DNA of 63,803 nt, counting the filler, from Reclinomonas americana ATCC 50394 (lineage: Eukaryota): assembly GCA_048213135.1 (NCBI GenBank). It is 49 parts of 49 records of this genome, joined end to end, with 100 filler letters (N's around TTAATTAATTAA, not from the genome) between each part and the next. Parts side by side here need not be neighbours in the genome. Positions count along the whole stretch, not along the records: positions 48,327 to 49,523 come from AFZH01026145.1; positions 49,624 to 50,821 come from AFZH01026146.1; positions 50,922 to 52,120 come from AFZH01026147.1; positions 52,221 to 53,417 come from AFZH01026148.1; positions 53,518 to 54,714 come from AFZH01026149.1; positions 54,815 to 56,012 come from AFZH01026150.1; positions 56,113 to 57,310 come from AFZH01026151.1; positions 57,411 to 58,611 come from AFZH01026152.1; 41 more parts are not named here. The stretch is one strand, 5' to 3'. Made by a program: the position numbers and the translations under genes. Shown here in pieces: positions 48,327 through 61,307 of this stretch. The notes under the pieces were generated by a model that searched no databases, had not been told where the DNA came from, and saw only the letters and a list, made by a program, of their open reading frames with translations. How positions within the stretch are numbered: the stretch's first letter is position 1; each line of letters starts with the position of its first letter.

Positions 48327-48379
48327 GTACCGTACGTACGTACGTACGGTACGTACGTACGTACGTACGTACGTACGTC

Positions 48380-48383
<4 letters not shown>
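48327..48383. repeat. (GTAC)n palindromic tetranucleotide microsatellite abutting (CT)n
   Basis: Direct observation. Confidence 0.9.
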
Positions 48384-48446
<63 letters not shown>

Positions 48447-48656
48447 CTTTCTTTCTCTCTCTCTCACACACACACTCACTCTCTCTCGCTGTGATATACA
48501 CGCTTGCTCTCGCACAAACAGAATAATGCAACTCTGCAGCATTCCCTTCGCCAACTCTCTTCTCCACCCTCTCCACCCTCCCTCTCTTCTCCTCTCCCTT
48601 CTCCCTCCCTCCCTCCCCCACCCTTCGCCCTATTTCCCCTTCCCTCTCATACCCAC

Positions 48657-49523
48657 CTGCCAGCAATAATTGTACGTGTGCACCACCGCCGCCCACAACT
48701 TGTGCTGCTCGCACACCAACAGCAGCTTGTCCGTCTGCAGCTGATCCAAATCCAAGTGGAAAACGAGCTGCTGTGCCGCCGCCTGGCCGTGCACTCGACC
48801 GACGTAGGTCAACAGTCGGTGCAGTGGGGAGAATTGAGCGGAAGGATGTGGATTCTACGAACGGCAGAGCGAGGGATTAAGCAACGGACAACTCTCACGA
48901 AAGTTAAGAGTCGCGACTCACCCGACGTCCCTCGCGATCTGGCAGCGGATCCGTTGGCACAATGCGCATGCTCTCGGCCGTAATATATGGCAGCAGAATC
49001 TCAAAGTACGTGTCTTCGGCCGACGCCAGCGGGAAACGGTCCACGGCATACAGAATGTCACGGTACAGCACCACGACACCGTTGATGCACACAGTGTACT
49101 TGATCAGCAGCGAAAGCAGCTGCACGGAAAAAGCGAGATCAGTGACGCGCAATAGAAACAAATTCTCATCCTCTTTGCCAGCCTCACCTGCTTCAGCTTC
49201 TCCGCCTTTTCCTCATCGGGGAGCGGCTGAGCGGCCAGTGCCGTCAACTCGGCATCCAAGTACCGACGCAACAAATCCTCCACGTAGGCACCGACAACTT
49301 GCTGCCGCGCGTACACCTCGGTGGGGAGACCGACGGCCGCACGCGCGCGTCCCTGCACAACGAAGTGGTGGTCAATTGCCGCTTGCGATATTCTCTCCCC
49401 TTTCTTTGTCCCGCACGCACCATATAGAAATCAACGGCGAGATGCAGAGCAGCGTCCCAGTCTCCGGTCTGGAGGGTGGCATCGACACGCTCAAACCACG
49501 ACAGCATCACCGCCGCGTACAGT
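48657..49523 (-). CDS. VPS8: VPS8 (CORVET subunit), spliced fragment
   Basis: LSWFERVD..GDWDAALHLA..FY|GRARAAVGLP..YFEILLPYI..QQLVFHLDLDQL..VCEQHKLWAAVVHTYN. Confidence 0.78.
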
Positions 49524-49643
49524 NNNNNNNNNNNNNNNNNNNNNNNNNNNNNNNNNNNNNNNNNNNNTTAATTAATTAANNNNNNNNNNNNNNNNNNNNN
49601 NNNNNNNNNNNNNNNNNNNNNNNGTCGTCAGTCTCTCCTACTA

Positions 49644-49697
<54 letters not shown>

Positions 49698-49718
49698 CCT
49701 TTGTGCCTGTTGGGCGCA

Positions 49719-50821
49719 GACTCGCAACACCACCGGCAATGTCGTGTTCCGCTTCCAGCGCCTGGTCGACGCGCCAGGGAGTGCATCTGCGGTGGCGGCC
49801 GCAGCGGCTGCTGAAGCTGCTGCAGTGGCGGCGCTGACGTTTGATGAGGCCGCGATGCAGACTGCACTGGCGCTGGAGATGATCAGTGTCGCGTCGGATA
49901 GCTCGGAGGACTCGGATTTGTCGAGTCTCGACGATGTTGGTCAGCACGACCACGTTGTGCGACGCTTGCAGCAACCCGGCTCGCCCTATGCTGTGCTGCC
50001 GCCTCTCCTCTTCGGCGATGCGGCGATTGATTCAGCTCAGGCACGACACTACTCCATGCTGCTGTGGGGCACACTGGCACTGGAGCTGGAGCTGCCGGCA
50101 CACGGCGAACAAAAGGTGTTGTCTGTGTGTGAGAGGGCGGTACCGTGGATTTATCAATGTCTCACGTGCGTGTCGAACAGTCGGCCCCACAGGCCACCAA
50201 CCTGCGCGTTGCGGCGCTGTCACCGTCGGTCGCTTCCTCGCAAGGCACATCGGCCGACTCGTGGGAAGGCATGACTGAGGTGACTTCGTGCGAGCTGGAC
50301 AGCTCGGAGGAGGAGGACGATGGTGAGAGAACCGGCACACATGGGCGTGCTGTCTGTGCATCTTGTTCTCATTCGGCGGTGTGACAGGCTCGCGTGTCGT
50401 TGTGGGGGAGCCGGTGCCGGTGAACATCAACCTCAATCTGCACTATCAGATTGCGCAGGAGGCGCAGCTCACCAATGGTGATCGCTCGCGCGTGCGACGG
50501 TGAGACTGGCGATGGCAGAACAGCGCAGTCTCACCACAACTCGCATACTCACTGTCTCTGCTTGCTGTCTCCTCTTGCAGCGATGTGGTGGTGCGCTTCC
50601 TCGCCTGCCAGGAGGACACAGCCGGCAACATTGTCAGCGCCGACCACGCCCTGTTTTGGTCCGGCCCCGAACGCGTTACGGTGGTGTCGTCGGTGAGTGG
50701 CATCGTCCTTGGCGGTCGATTGTCTTTGCTTCTCCACTGACACGCACGTGATCGGAGCGCAGAAGGAGCTGCATGGGCACGTGGAGAAGGCGCTGTCGTC
50801 GAGCGTTACATTCTTGGAGCC
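49719..50821 (+). CDS. Second haplotype or paralogue of the gene at 13222-14325
   Basis: Collinear and near-identical, with the same 3' breakpoint TTCTTGGAGCC. Confidence 0.6.
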
Positions 50822-50989
50822 NNNNNNNNNNNNNNNNNNNNNNNNNNNNNNNNNNNNNNNNNNNNTTAATTAATTAANNNNNNNNNNNNNNNNNNNNNNN
50901 NNNNNNNNNNNNNNNNNNNNNCAAGGGGGGATACAGGGAAAGGGAGGAGGGTGAGAGAAAGAGAGAGAGAGAGATGGAAAGGAAAATGA

Positions 50990-51330
50990 GAGGGACTTCT
51001 TCACTCAGCACATATATCGGAAAGCAAAGCAAAGTGAGAGCATGTGAATAGAAGGAGACGTTGAGTCCGACGACGAGGACTTCAGTCAACGAGTTGAGAA
51101 GATATTGCAGACACCCAGACACTCAGCACAACTCTCGGAATGCAAAGCAAAGTGAAAGCAACGAGTGGGAAGGAGCAGGGACGACTTCTTTCAACGAGCT
51201 GAGAAGATATTGCAGACACCCAGACACCCAGCACAACTCTCGAATGCAAAGAAGCGAGAGCAACTGAATCGACATGAATGAGAAGGAACAAGGAAGACTC
51301 CTTTCAACGAGCTGAGAAGTTATCGCAGTT
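50990..51330. repeat. Degenerate tandem repeat, ~107-113 bp unit, about 3 copies
   Basis: TCAACGAG(T/C)TGAGAAG at ~51086, ~51191 and ~51304; ATATTGCAGACACCCAGACAC.CAGCACAACTCTCG twice. Confidence 0.82.
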
Positions 51331-52277
51331 GGACATACACTTCTCGATATGCACAATACAATCAAGTGGTGGCAAGAAAGACTGAAGTATAATGATATCC
51401 TCTTGACCCATTGTCACATTGCCTCCATGAGTGAATGCATTGTGTGGTGCGTGGGCATGCGTCTGTGTCCTCTCGTCTCACTCTCTCACCGTCGCACTGC
51501 GTCGCTGTTTTGTCTGTCTCTCGCCGCGGGTGATTGACCACTCTCTGTCCCCTTATTGCTTCAACTTTTGCATGTTGTGTGGTCGGTATGTGGATGTGTG
51601 GGTATGGGCATGTGTCCTTTTGGCTCATTGTCTCACTGCCTCGCAGTCTTCCTTCTCACTGTCTTCCACGCTGCATCCCCTCTTTGTGTGCTTATGAGAG
51701 AAAGAGGTTTTCTGTCTCACTGTCTCGCTGTCTCACTGCCTCGCTGCCTCACTGACACTGCGATGCTGCCTCTCTCTCTATGCGGGAGGAGGCGAGAGAG
51801 AGAGAGAGAAGTGTGTGTCCTCACTGTTTCGCTGTGTCACTGTCTCTGCGATGCTGCCTCTCTCGCTCTGTGTGTGTGCGTGTGTGGGGGAGAGAGAGGA
51901 GAGAGAGAGAGAGAGCCACAGTCACCGTCACTATCATCCTGCCTCTCTTTCCTTCTCCTTTCTCTCTCTCACACACCCACCTCCAGCAACGCATGCATAA
52001 TCTCCGCAAACGCCGTTCCCGTGTAATAACCCCACGCCACCACTGGCTTGTGTCGATTCGCCAGTCGCTGCCTCGCCGTCGCACTCCGCGGAAGTGGCTC
52101 ATACGGAGGAGGTGGAGAAGNNNNNNNNNNNNNNNNNNNNNNNNNNNNNNNNNNNNNNNNNNNNTTAATTAATTAANNNNNNNNNNNNNNNNNNNNNNNN
52201 NNNNNNNNNNNNNNNNNNNNTCAAAGTCGGCTCGGTACGCGGCCGCACAACGTCGCACTGCAAACCCGCACCGACGT

Positions 52278-53355
52278 TCAGTCGACTGTCAGTATCGCGA
52301 AATCGTCGACCAAGGTGCCTTCTGTATGCTCAAACAGTACCACGTTGCACGTAAATCGTTCACTTTTTGCGCCTCGCTGACTCACGTGGTGCAGCGGCTG
52401 TCGCGGGCTTGCGCCGAGCGGCAACAGCAGCACGTCGAGCACTGGAACGTGCACGGGCGTCCATCGCCGTATCCACAGGAACCTGGCCCCACGCGCCACC
52501 GCCGGCATGCCACGCATACAGTTCGTTGTCTTTGCGTGATTCCACCCAGTGCCGAAAGCCGATGCTCTTGGCCTGCTGTGCCGCCTTGCGGAGCTCTTGA
52601 ATCGCCTTTCGGCGCCACCGCGCCGCAGCCTCTTCCACGTCAACGTCGTCGTCATCCTCCTCCTCCTCCTCCACCACCTCATCCACCTTCCCCACTCTAT
52701 CCACCTCGTGATCTTCGCCGTCCCTCTCCTCTTCGTCCCCTGCGGCCATCTCGTCACCGCCACCAGCAGGGGCCGTGACGCTGTCACTAGACCGAGTCGC
52801 GGGTAGGTGGGTGTGCGAATGAGGAGCCGCCGCGCTTGCACTCGCCATTGATTCGTGGCTGTGGCGACTAGGACGTGGTTGCTGTTGCCGCGGCCGCAGA
52901 CGAGCGAGGATCAACGCCTCCTCACCAGCAATAGTTGAATTCCCGCAGTCGTCATCGTCGGCGTCGGGATTCTCGACACCCCACGGCAGTGGGCCCCAGT
53001 CCATCACCAGTGCATCGAACTGAAAACGCCGACCATCCAGTCGATTGTAGCGGTCGTGGAGGAAACAATCACCATCTTCTCCGGTGTAGCGGTGCTGTGC
53101 ACACATTTCACGCGCACGAATGCAGTAAGCAAGCAGAATCACACATGGCCATGGCAGATACAGTCGCGGCGACAAGGGAATTACCTTGATGGCGAAGCAC
53201 CGATTACTGCCACTGCGCTTGCCAGCCACACGATGCACCGAGCATTCTCGGCACATGTGCCGGAACCGCGCAAAGCTGGAGGGGAACAACACTTTCACGT
53301 CGTCGATGATCACAGCATTCGCCAGGCGGTACCTGTGTCGCACGCGCAGAAGTAC
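52278..53355 (-). CDS. Hypothetical protein with an acidic tract, probably spliced
   Basis: Long coding-like frames; family not recognised. Confidence 0.45.
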
Positions 53356-53517
53356 GTGAGACAACATGCGAAACAGTAATCCTCGTCATCGACAGCAGCA
53401 CGACGCACACAAAGCAANNNNNNNNNNNNNNNNNNNNNNNNNNNNNNNNNNNNNNNNNNNNTTAATTAATTAANNNNNNNNNNNNNNNNNNNNNNNNNNN
53501 NNNNNNNNNNNNNNNNN

Positions 53518-54345
53518 CCCCCACCTCCACCACCACCACCACCCCCACCACCTCCTTCCCCATCCACCCCCTCCCCCACCTCATCGCCCAGTCGCTGAAA
53601 CGCCCGCTCCTCATACAACTGCATGTGCAGCGAGATGCACTCGCTCACCAACTCCAGAATCGCCGTCTCGCACTTGCTGCGCAGACTCAACTGCTCCCAC
53701 CACGCTTGTGGCCGCTCGCTGAGCATGCGGAACAAGTGCAACGACACCGACGACGTGCGCTGCATGTCATTGGCGACGGCGTAGCCGAGCTCGTCGCACA
53801 TGGCGCTGAATTCCTCCGCCACAAACGTCACGTCGTCCTTGCACTCTTGCACCGCCGCGCCGACGCCGTGCTCCGTGGAGCGGCCGCGTTTGATTTCTTG
53901 CACGCAGCGTTCCCGCATGCCCAGGGCGTACCATCCAACGGGAGACGTACGCGCTCTGTGGACGGAGGCGACTCCATCGCCTGCCACTCGACCAGCAGCG
54001 ACTCGAGCACCTTTCCGTGGTGGACAGAGATTTGATGGCGTTGTCATCCCCACCAGTTGTGGACGAGGAGGAGGGCGGGAGCACCGAATATGGCGACGAG
54101 GCTTGCATGCCAGTGGTCGAGTGAATCGCGGAAAATGGAGTGAAGCGAGTGACGAGGTCGATGGTGCGAGACTATTGAGTAGAGCGAGATGGGTGAGATG
54201 CTAATCACAGACCGAAAGCTCAATGGTTTCACAAACCGCATCAGCGTGCATCCACTCGTCGACGCCGGGAGGCCACTTGAGGCCATCCATGACCCACTTG
54301 TCACGTCGTTGCAGCAGTCGGAGGTCACAGGTCATGGCGAGGAGC
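53518..54345 (-). CDS. Hypothetical spliced protein
   Basis: Helical coding-like frame followed by poly-Gly; family not recognised. Confidence 0.4.
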
Positions 54346-54631
54346 CTGCGAAGGGGGGAAGGGAGAAGGAAATGCATATGAGAATCACTGCATCACTGTC
54401 TTCACTCTCCTTCTCGCTCTTGCACAAACACACATATTCACGCATCAGTCTCTCTGTCTTTCTTGGTTGCTTACCTCCTCAGCATCCAGTGGAGAGCGCG
54501 ATGGGCCAGCAGCACTGCCGCTCAACTCCGCAGCGGAACCCTGCATGCAGAGAGTGAGTGAGTGAGAGTGCAACTCCGAGGAAGAGACATGTCCATAAGC
54601 ACGCGTTGAGACACATGCATGCATGCAAGAT

Positions 54632-54698
<67 letters not shown>

Positions 54699-54814
54699 AG
54701 AAGAGAGAGAGAGGNNNNNNNNNNNNNNNNNNNNNNNNNNNNNNNNNNNNNNNNNNNNTTAATTAATTAANNNNNNNNNNNNNNNNNNNNNNNNNNNNNN
54801 NNNNNNNNNNNNNN

Positions 54815-56012
54815 TCCTCCCACGGCTTGCACCTGCTGCGGCGGATCGCGGCTGTCGAAGCTGGGCGAGGACGTGACCGAAACGCTGGAGGAGATCCCGC
54901 GCCGCTTCAAGCTGATCGAGACGGTGCGCGAAAAGTTCAGCTGCCGAGATTGCGGGAAGGTCAGCCAGCCGCCCGCGCCGTTCCATGCGACGCCGCGCGG
55001 CTTCATCGGTCCGCAACTGCTGGCGACGATCGTCTTCGACAAGTTCGGGCAGCACATCCCGCTGAACCGCCAGAGCACGCGCTTCAAGGCCGAGGGGATC
55101 GATCTGCCGCTATCGACGCTGGCTGACCAGGTCGGTCATGGAACCTTCGCCCTGAAGCCGGTCTTCGACTTGATCGAGACCCATGTGCTCGCGGCCGGGC
55201 GCTTTCATGGCGACGACACGACGGTCCCGATCCTGGCGAAGGGCAAATGCGCCACCGGGCGGATCTGGACCTATGTGCGTGATGACGGCCCCTTCGCCGG
55301 ACCTGCGCCGCCGGCGGCGCTCTATTACGCCTCGAGCGATCGACGCGGCGAGCATCCGCAGAAGCATCTGGCCGGGTTCGCCGGCATCCTGCAATGCGAC
55401 TGCTATGGTGGCTTCGAGCCATTGTTCGATCCGCAGCGGAAGGACCAGCCGATCACGCCGGCCTTTTGCTTCGCCCATGCGCGGCGCGGCTTCTTCGAGC
55501 TGGCCGACATCGCGAAAAAGGCGCGCGACGGCGTGAAGGGTAAGCCGGTCTCTCCGATCGCCCTGGAGGCGGTCAGGCGCCTCGACGCGCTGTTCGAGAT
55601 CGAGCGCGCCATCAACGGCCGGAGCGCCGAGGAGCGGCGGGCTGTGCGCCAGGAGAAGAGCAAGCCGCTTCTCGGCGACATGCACGCCTGGCTGTTGCGC
55701 GAGCGTGAGACCCTCTCGCGCTCCGCCGAGGTCCTGAAGCCGATCAACTACATGCTCCGGCGCTGGGGCGACTTCGCCCGCTTCCTCGAAGACGGCAGGA
55801 TCTGCTTGAGCAACAATGCCGCCGAAAGAGCGTTGCGCGGCATTGCCCTGGGACGGCGCAACTGGACCTTCGCCGGTTCGCAACGCGGCGCCGACCGCGC
55901 CGCCGTCATGCTCACGCTCATCACCACGGCCCGCCTCAACGACGTCGACCCGAAGGCCTGGCTCGCCGACGTTCTGGCCCGCATCGCCGATCTGCCTGCC
56001 TCGCGCCTGCAC
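54815..56012 (+). mobile_element. tnpC: IS66-family transposase (TnpC), partial, alphaproteobacterial
   Basis: LGEDVTETLE..REKFSCRDC..KFGQHIPLNRQ..HGDDTTVPIL..IWTYVRDD..CFAHARR..SNNAAERALRGIALGRRNWTFAGS..TARLNDVDP. Confidence 0.96.
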
Positions 56013-56174
56013 NNNNNNNNNNNNNNNNNNNNNNNNNNNNNNNNNNNNNNNNNNNNTTAATTAATTAANNNNNNNNNNNNNNNNNNNNNNNNNNNNNNNN
56101 NNNNNNNNNNNNAGACGAGAAAATGAGTGAGTGGAGAATGAGCGAGAGCAGCGGCTGGCGTGGAACGAAACTTG

Positions 56175-57310
56175 CGAGTACAAAATCAGCAGCCAGCCGA
56201 GGTTGTAGACGCGCACAGTGACGGCCATGAAGCGGTTGCCTTCGCGACGCTCCTGATCGTAGGCGCGCACCGTGCGAATGTTGCTGAGCACCTCGTTCGC
56301 CACCTGCTGCTGCTCGGCCAAAATCTGTAGCGCACACAAGCATGTTAGCGCGACACATGTAAACCTCCAAGAAGAGGAAAAAGACAGCATACGCAACGTC
56401 GTAGATCTTGGTCGTCAGCTTGCGGATCAGGTTACCGAAAAAGAGCGAGAAGCCGACGAGGAATGGCGTGGTGGCCAGCACAATGATGCTGAGCAGCCAG
56501 CTAATCTCCAACATCCACACCAGCGAGATGACGACGGTGGCCACAATGGTCAGAATGTTTGACAGCGTGGTGGTGATGCTTTGCAGCTGGCTGACGTCGA
56601 GTGACCTGCGGGTTAAGGAGAGGATGAGGAAGAGAGCGGCGCGCGGAGAGAAAACGTCACGCTCGACGCAACATACGCGACATGAGCTCGCCCACCGCCT
56701 TGAAGTCAAAGAACGCCATGTTTTGCGCCAGATAGCTGCGCATAAGCGTGATGCGCACACGCATCACAATCTTACGGCCGGCCAGACCAAAGAGGAGACC
56801 CGTGGCGAGTGACAACAACGCCGTGCCGGCGTAGAAGACACCCATGAGAATGAGATAGTAGTGAGCGGCCGACAAGTCCGCATCCCTGCAGAGACGAGCG
56901 AGGGTCAGGAGATGATGAGAAGGAAAGGGGCAAGGGAGTAAGTGCGCACGCAACTGCATCATGGTGCTGGCCGAGTACTGCAGCTGATTGAAAAAGTAGC
57001 CCGTCAGTTTCGGCTGCACCAGCGAGACACCAGTGGAGCCCACGGAGAAGAACGTGGCCCAGAAGATCCACCACCGCTCCGGCTTGAGCGCCGAGTACAA
57101 TCGCTTCACGTGCTGCCATGTGGAACCAGAACGCGCTCTTTCCTCCGGCGACTAATAACAAAAAAGAGATCGACATGAGATCGAGATGCCGTCGACTTTG
57201 CACCTATGCGCGTGTGCGTGTGTGTGTGTGCCTCTCTCTTACCACTGCCGACTTGACGGCGGCATCCACCACCTGCTTGGCCTCTTCATCATCGGCGGCC
57301 TTGCTGGCGA
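56175..57310 (-). CDS. Eukaryotic ABCB half-transporter (ABCB10/TAP-like) transmembrane domain, spliced
   Basis: AGRKIVMRVR..YLAQNMAFFDFKAVGELMSR..DVSQLQ..ANEVLSNIRTVRAY.QE.RE. Confidence 0.88.
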
Positions 57311-57410
57311 NNNNNNNNNNNNNNNNNNNNNNNNNNNNNNNNNNNNNNNNNNNNTTAATTAATTAANNNNNNNNNNNNNNNNNNNNNNNNNNNNNNNNNN
57401 NNNNNNNNNN

Positions 57411-58130
57411 ATGACAGAGAGTGTGTGGGGAAAGGCTGGCAAAAAACAGAATAACACGGAGCGAAACAGGTGGTGCGAAGCATCAGCACTGAGCAGACGA
57501 CATCGGAGACAAGAGACGCCATCTCTTCTTCTCTTTTCCTTCTCACAATCTGCGCGAGAGAGCAAGACAGAGAGAGAGGGAGCGATCATGCAGAACGGCA
57601 AAGAACACGATGCAAGAACAGGGACAGGACGACATTGCTCTCCCATCTATCCCTCTCCTCTTCTGTACTTGAAAGCTTGCGCGAGACAGAATAACACACA
57701 AGCGAAACAAGCGAGAGAGTGGGAGAGAGAGAGGGAGCAGAAGAAAACGAGACGACGGAACAGGCAGGTGGCGCGATGTATCAGTACTGAGCAGACGACA
57801 TCGGAGACAAGAGAAGCCATCTGTTCTTCCCTTTCACCCCTCACAGCCTGCGCGACTTAGAGAGAAGAGCACAGAGTAGAAACGAGAATAAAGACAACAG
57901 ATAACTCTCCCATGTCTCCCTTCCCCTCTCTCAACTTGACAGCCTGCGCGAGACAGCAATACAGAGGGAGTGAGAGGGTGAGAGAGAGAAAAGAAAGAAA
58001 GAGGCGAGAGAAAGAGCTCTTGAGAAGCCCCTCTCCCCACCCCGACAGGCTGCGCGAGACAGAGAGAAATGCAAGAGAAGCCCTCCCTTCTCTCTATCTG
58101 TCTCAACTTGACAGCCTGCGCATGCGCATC
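57411..58130. repeat. Degenerate intronic direct repeats
   Basis: ATCAG(C/T)ACTGAGCAGACGACATCGGAGACAAGAGA at ~57482 and ~57780; CAGCCTGCGCG and TCTCAACTTGACAGCCTGCGC recur. Confidence 0.75.
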
Positions 58131-58275
58131 ATACGCGGCGCGGTGATTGCCCTGCGCCGTGTGTCGGCGTCCCAGCAGCGACTGCGTCACAATGGCACCG
58201 GCTTCGTCGTTCAGTCGGCGCGCAACAATCGATGTGGGGTCGAGCTGTGTGCCACGAAGAAGGCAGTGAGAAATA
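58110..58275 (-). CDS. Exon of a possible PCI-domain (PCID2/CSN12-like) protein
   Basis: ..GAIVTQSLL..AQGNHRAAYDAHAQAV; weak resemblance only. Confidence 0.25.
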
Positions 58276-58562
58276 TGCAGGTGGAGGGGGAGGGAGGGAG
58301 GGAGGGAGGGAGAGAGGGAGGGAGGGAGGGAGGGATTCAGGGAGGGAGAAGGAGAGAGAGAAAAGCAAGCAGTGTTTTCTATGGACAAGTCATGTGTAGG
58401 CTGAAGGCGCCTCCAGCATGTTGCGCAGGAGGGAGGGGAGGGAGAGAGGGGGAGCAAAGAAAACAGCAGTCTCGCACACGAGGAGTGTGAGGCTGAGAGA
58501 GAGAGAATGAGATGCACGCAGAGTGCGTTCTGTCCAAGGGCCTCTCCTGCTTCTTGCATGCT

Positions 58563-58596
<34 letters not shown>

Positions 58597-58711
58597 AGAG
58601 AAAGAAGCAGCNNNNNNNNNNNNNNNNNNNNNNNNNNNNNNNNNNNNNNNNNNNNTTAATTAATTAANNNNNNNNNNNNNNNNNNNNNNNNNNNNNNNNN
58701 NNNNNNNNNNN

Positions 58712-59909
58712 GTGTCTCTTCAATCACGGTCCACTGCCACATGTGGTGTTGAACGACATCTCGGCCTTCGCGAGACAACTGCTGCAGGTCGGTATCGACT
58801 TCCAGGATGCCAGCACCATCCGTGCAGTGCGTCATGCGATTCACGTTTCTGTCCGTGTGTATCGTGCTCTCTTGAAATCTCACGAGAATGGGCGAGTAGG
58901 TGTGCCAGTGCTTTGGGGCCCTTGTTCCCCGGCTTGATGCGGCAGACCATCTTGAGCCGATTGTTAGCGATGTTATTGCCTTCGTCTGTCACATTCTGCG
59001 AGATCAAGAGGACAACGACGCCGTTCTCGAGGCGTGCGAGGTGCTGGTTAGCATTACGGACTGTGGATTTTATGGCGACGCTCTGGTAGAATCAGCAGAA
59101 GTGTGAGTGCGATGTGCCGCTGTACAACACCTTGTGCTTCGATCCACACACACTTACTGCGCATTTGAGCGAATCAGGATTGTGCCACTCTTGCTCAGGC
59201 GCATGACGTATATTGATGATTTCCTGGCGGCTGGAAACCAGGAGCTGGCTGTCCCGGAAAATATGGCCGAGGAGGACGGCGATGACTGTGCGTGTGCTGC
59301 GTTCTTGCATGTCCACCAGGTGCATTCGCTGAGAACTGCGGTAATAGTGGACTACGAGGAGTGGACAGTGCGCAAGTGTTCAGCGTTTGCGCTCGACCGA
59401 CTCTCCAGCTTGGATCATTTGGGGTACGTCGCCGAATATTATGTTCACATCCCGCGGCAGTCGTTTACCCGTTGTTTGCGCACACAGCGCCAACATTCTG
59501 CCGATTCTGATGCCCGAAGTGGAGCGACTGTTGGCGCCGGAGGAGTCGTGGGAGACACGGGAGAAGTTGTGTACTTGCCAACTGTGGTCGCGCACGTGTT
59601 GCAGCATGGCGGGATTAGTATCTCATGTTGCGTGCACTCGTAAAGGGCCATCTTGGCGATTGGCTGTGTTGCGGAGAACTTGAATGACGAGCTTGGACCA
59701 CATCTGGATGCGATTCTCCCCGTTCTGTTGCAGAGCACTCGTGATGCAGTGGTTTGTCAGTGGGGATCCATTGTGGAGATTGTGCAAAACACACACGCCC
59801 GCATTCTGACGCCTCGATGCTGTCAGTCGTTCGTGCGATCGATTTCTTGTTGGACACTGAGTCGAGTGGCGCCTTGGCTTGCACAATCGCCGCGCGCGGC
59901 GGACGCGGT
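58712..59909 (+). CDS. TNPO1: Transportin-1 / karyopherin-beta2-like HEAT protein, spliced fragment
   Basis: AVLEACE..EWTVRKCSAFALD.LS..ILPILMP..WETRE..AILAIGCVAE..PHL..VRSISCWTLSR. Confidence 0.82.
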
Positions 59910-60179
59910 NNNNNNNNNNNNNNNNNNNNNNNNNNNNNNNNNNNNNNNNNNNNTTAATTAATTAANNNNNNNNNNNNNNNNNNNNNNNNNNNNNNNNNNN
60001 NNNNNNNNNAACGATTTCTTTTCAGATTTCACCGTCACGAAATCAAGATCAGAACGAGTCACAAATTCTCCTACAATAAGGCAGCCACAGTCATTTCATA
60101 CTTTTTTGGCACTGAAAACGTGATTTCTTGGCTTCAAAGTGTTCACTCAGCGTGGTGATCACCAGGTAACATTGGTGCA

Positions 60180-60306
60180 AACACACACGCGAGGAACCTG
60201 CTGCGGCCTAAAGACTGGTGCCGGTGTTGATGATTTGGATATGGTTGAAATCGGCCATCAACGCGGCTGATGCTTGTTTGTTGGTGAATGAATTTGTTGT
60301 TGTTGG
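60180..60306 (-). repeat. Dispersed repeat, copy 2 (homologous to 15213-15337)
   Basis: Translates as TTTNSFTNKQASAALMADFNHIQIINTGTSL*AAAGS, versus TTTNSFTNKQATAVLMTKFNRIQNINTDTNLEAAAGS in copy 1. Confidence 0.75.
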
Positions 60307-61307
60307 AATAGAAAAAACACTGGTCAATGTGCTACTCAAACACGCATCAAATCGTTCTGTTTTGTTGTCTGCGAAATTGTGCACCATCAACTGCAAAGAT
60401 AGTTGAAAACAGGGGAGTTGGAAAGGAAACTATACACCAGAATGATGTGGACACGGAGAGCAGCGGAAACGTACATCGACATGTTTGAAAAAAACAATAG
60501 TCAAGGAGCAGAGCATCAAAGACGGGAACTGATGCAACAGAGTGACGAGCGAGACGACAATAAGCAGCAAACAGGTACTCAAAAATAAAATCTAGAGCCA
60601 GGAAAGAAACCGGACATGGAACAAACCGAACGAATCAATACCGGACGAATGGGTCTCCACATACATCAAATCGTCATGACAAACACAGAATCTCGAAGCA
60701 CGTGCATTTCTGCAAAGGATTTCAACATCAGAAACGGACGGTAGAAAACACGAGAAAGCACCAGGAGGAGACACAATGGCAGCCGCTCATCGACCACGGA
60801 AACACACGACAAGGCCGAACAAGGGCACAAGGGCACACAAAACAACACAAAAGACAATCAGTCGCATCTCACAAACAAAAAATGAGTACAACAACATACA
60901 CAGCGGTATTAGAATCGACTGAAATGAACCGAACAAATGTGGAACCGGCAATATCGGGCGAATGGTAAACCAACTCTGCAAGATTAACAACACATCAAGT
61001 AGCGCATACAACAGTGCATATAACTCGCAATAGATCACTAAAGGGTCAGGGGCCGTCCAGGCAAAACAAGCGAACCTCCAAGCAGACTCCGACTTCAGAA
61101 CGTCCACGGGCTGCGAAGTCGCTCGGAACCGGTCGCGCATCGCAGGATTCGTGCTTCTTAGTTGCGAGACGCAGCGGCGGAGGGTCAGCGGCCGAGGGTC
61201 GTGGCCCNNNNNNNNNNNNNNNNNNNNNNNNNNNNNNNNNNNNNNNNNNNNTTAATTAATTAANNNNNNNNNNNNNNNNNNNNNNNNNNNNNNNNNNNNN
61301 NNNNNNN

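Noticed and set aside
50990..51330. Repeat-spacer-like pattern as a CRISPR array
   Set aside because: Units are ~110 bp, the intervening parts are also homologous, there are only about 3 copies, the context is eukaryotic and there are no cas genes.
1316..56012. Bacterial operon fragments, autotransporter and IS66 as horizontal transfers into the eukaryote
   Set aside because: Each fills its own contig, has no introns, shows RBS or overlapping-gene organisation, and has no junction to eukaryotic DNA; co-sequenced bacteria are the simpler explanation.
55110..56012. Long antisense or alternate-frame ORFs (also 1556-2479, 6717-7823, 21105-21896, 37004-37873)
   Set aside because: Shadow ORFs caused by high GC3 codon bias opposite real genes.
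178..59909. Alternative genetic code or stop-codon readthrough in the eukaryote
   Set aside because: In the conserved genes examined (MPP10, PPIH, DNAH10, VPS8, transportin), the in-frame stops fall inside removable GT-AG introns.
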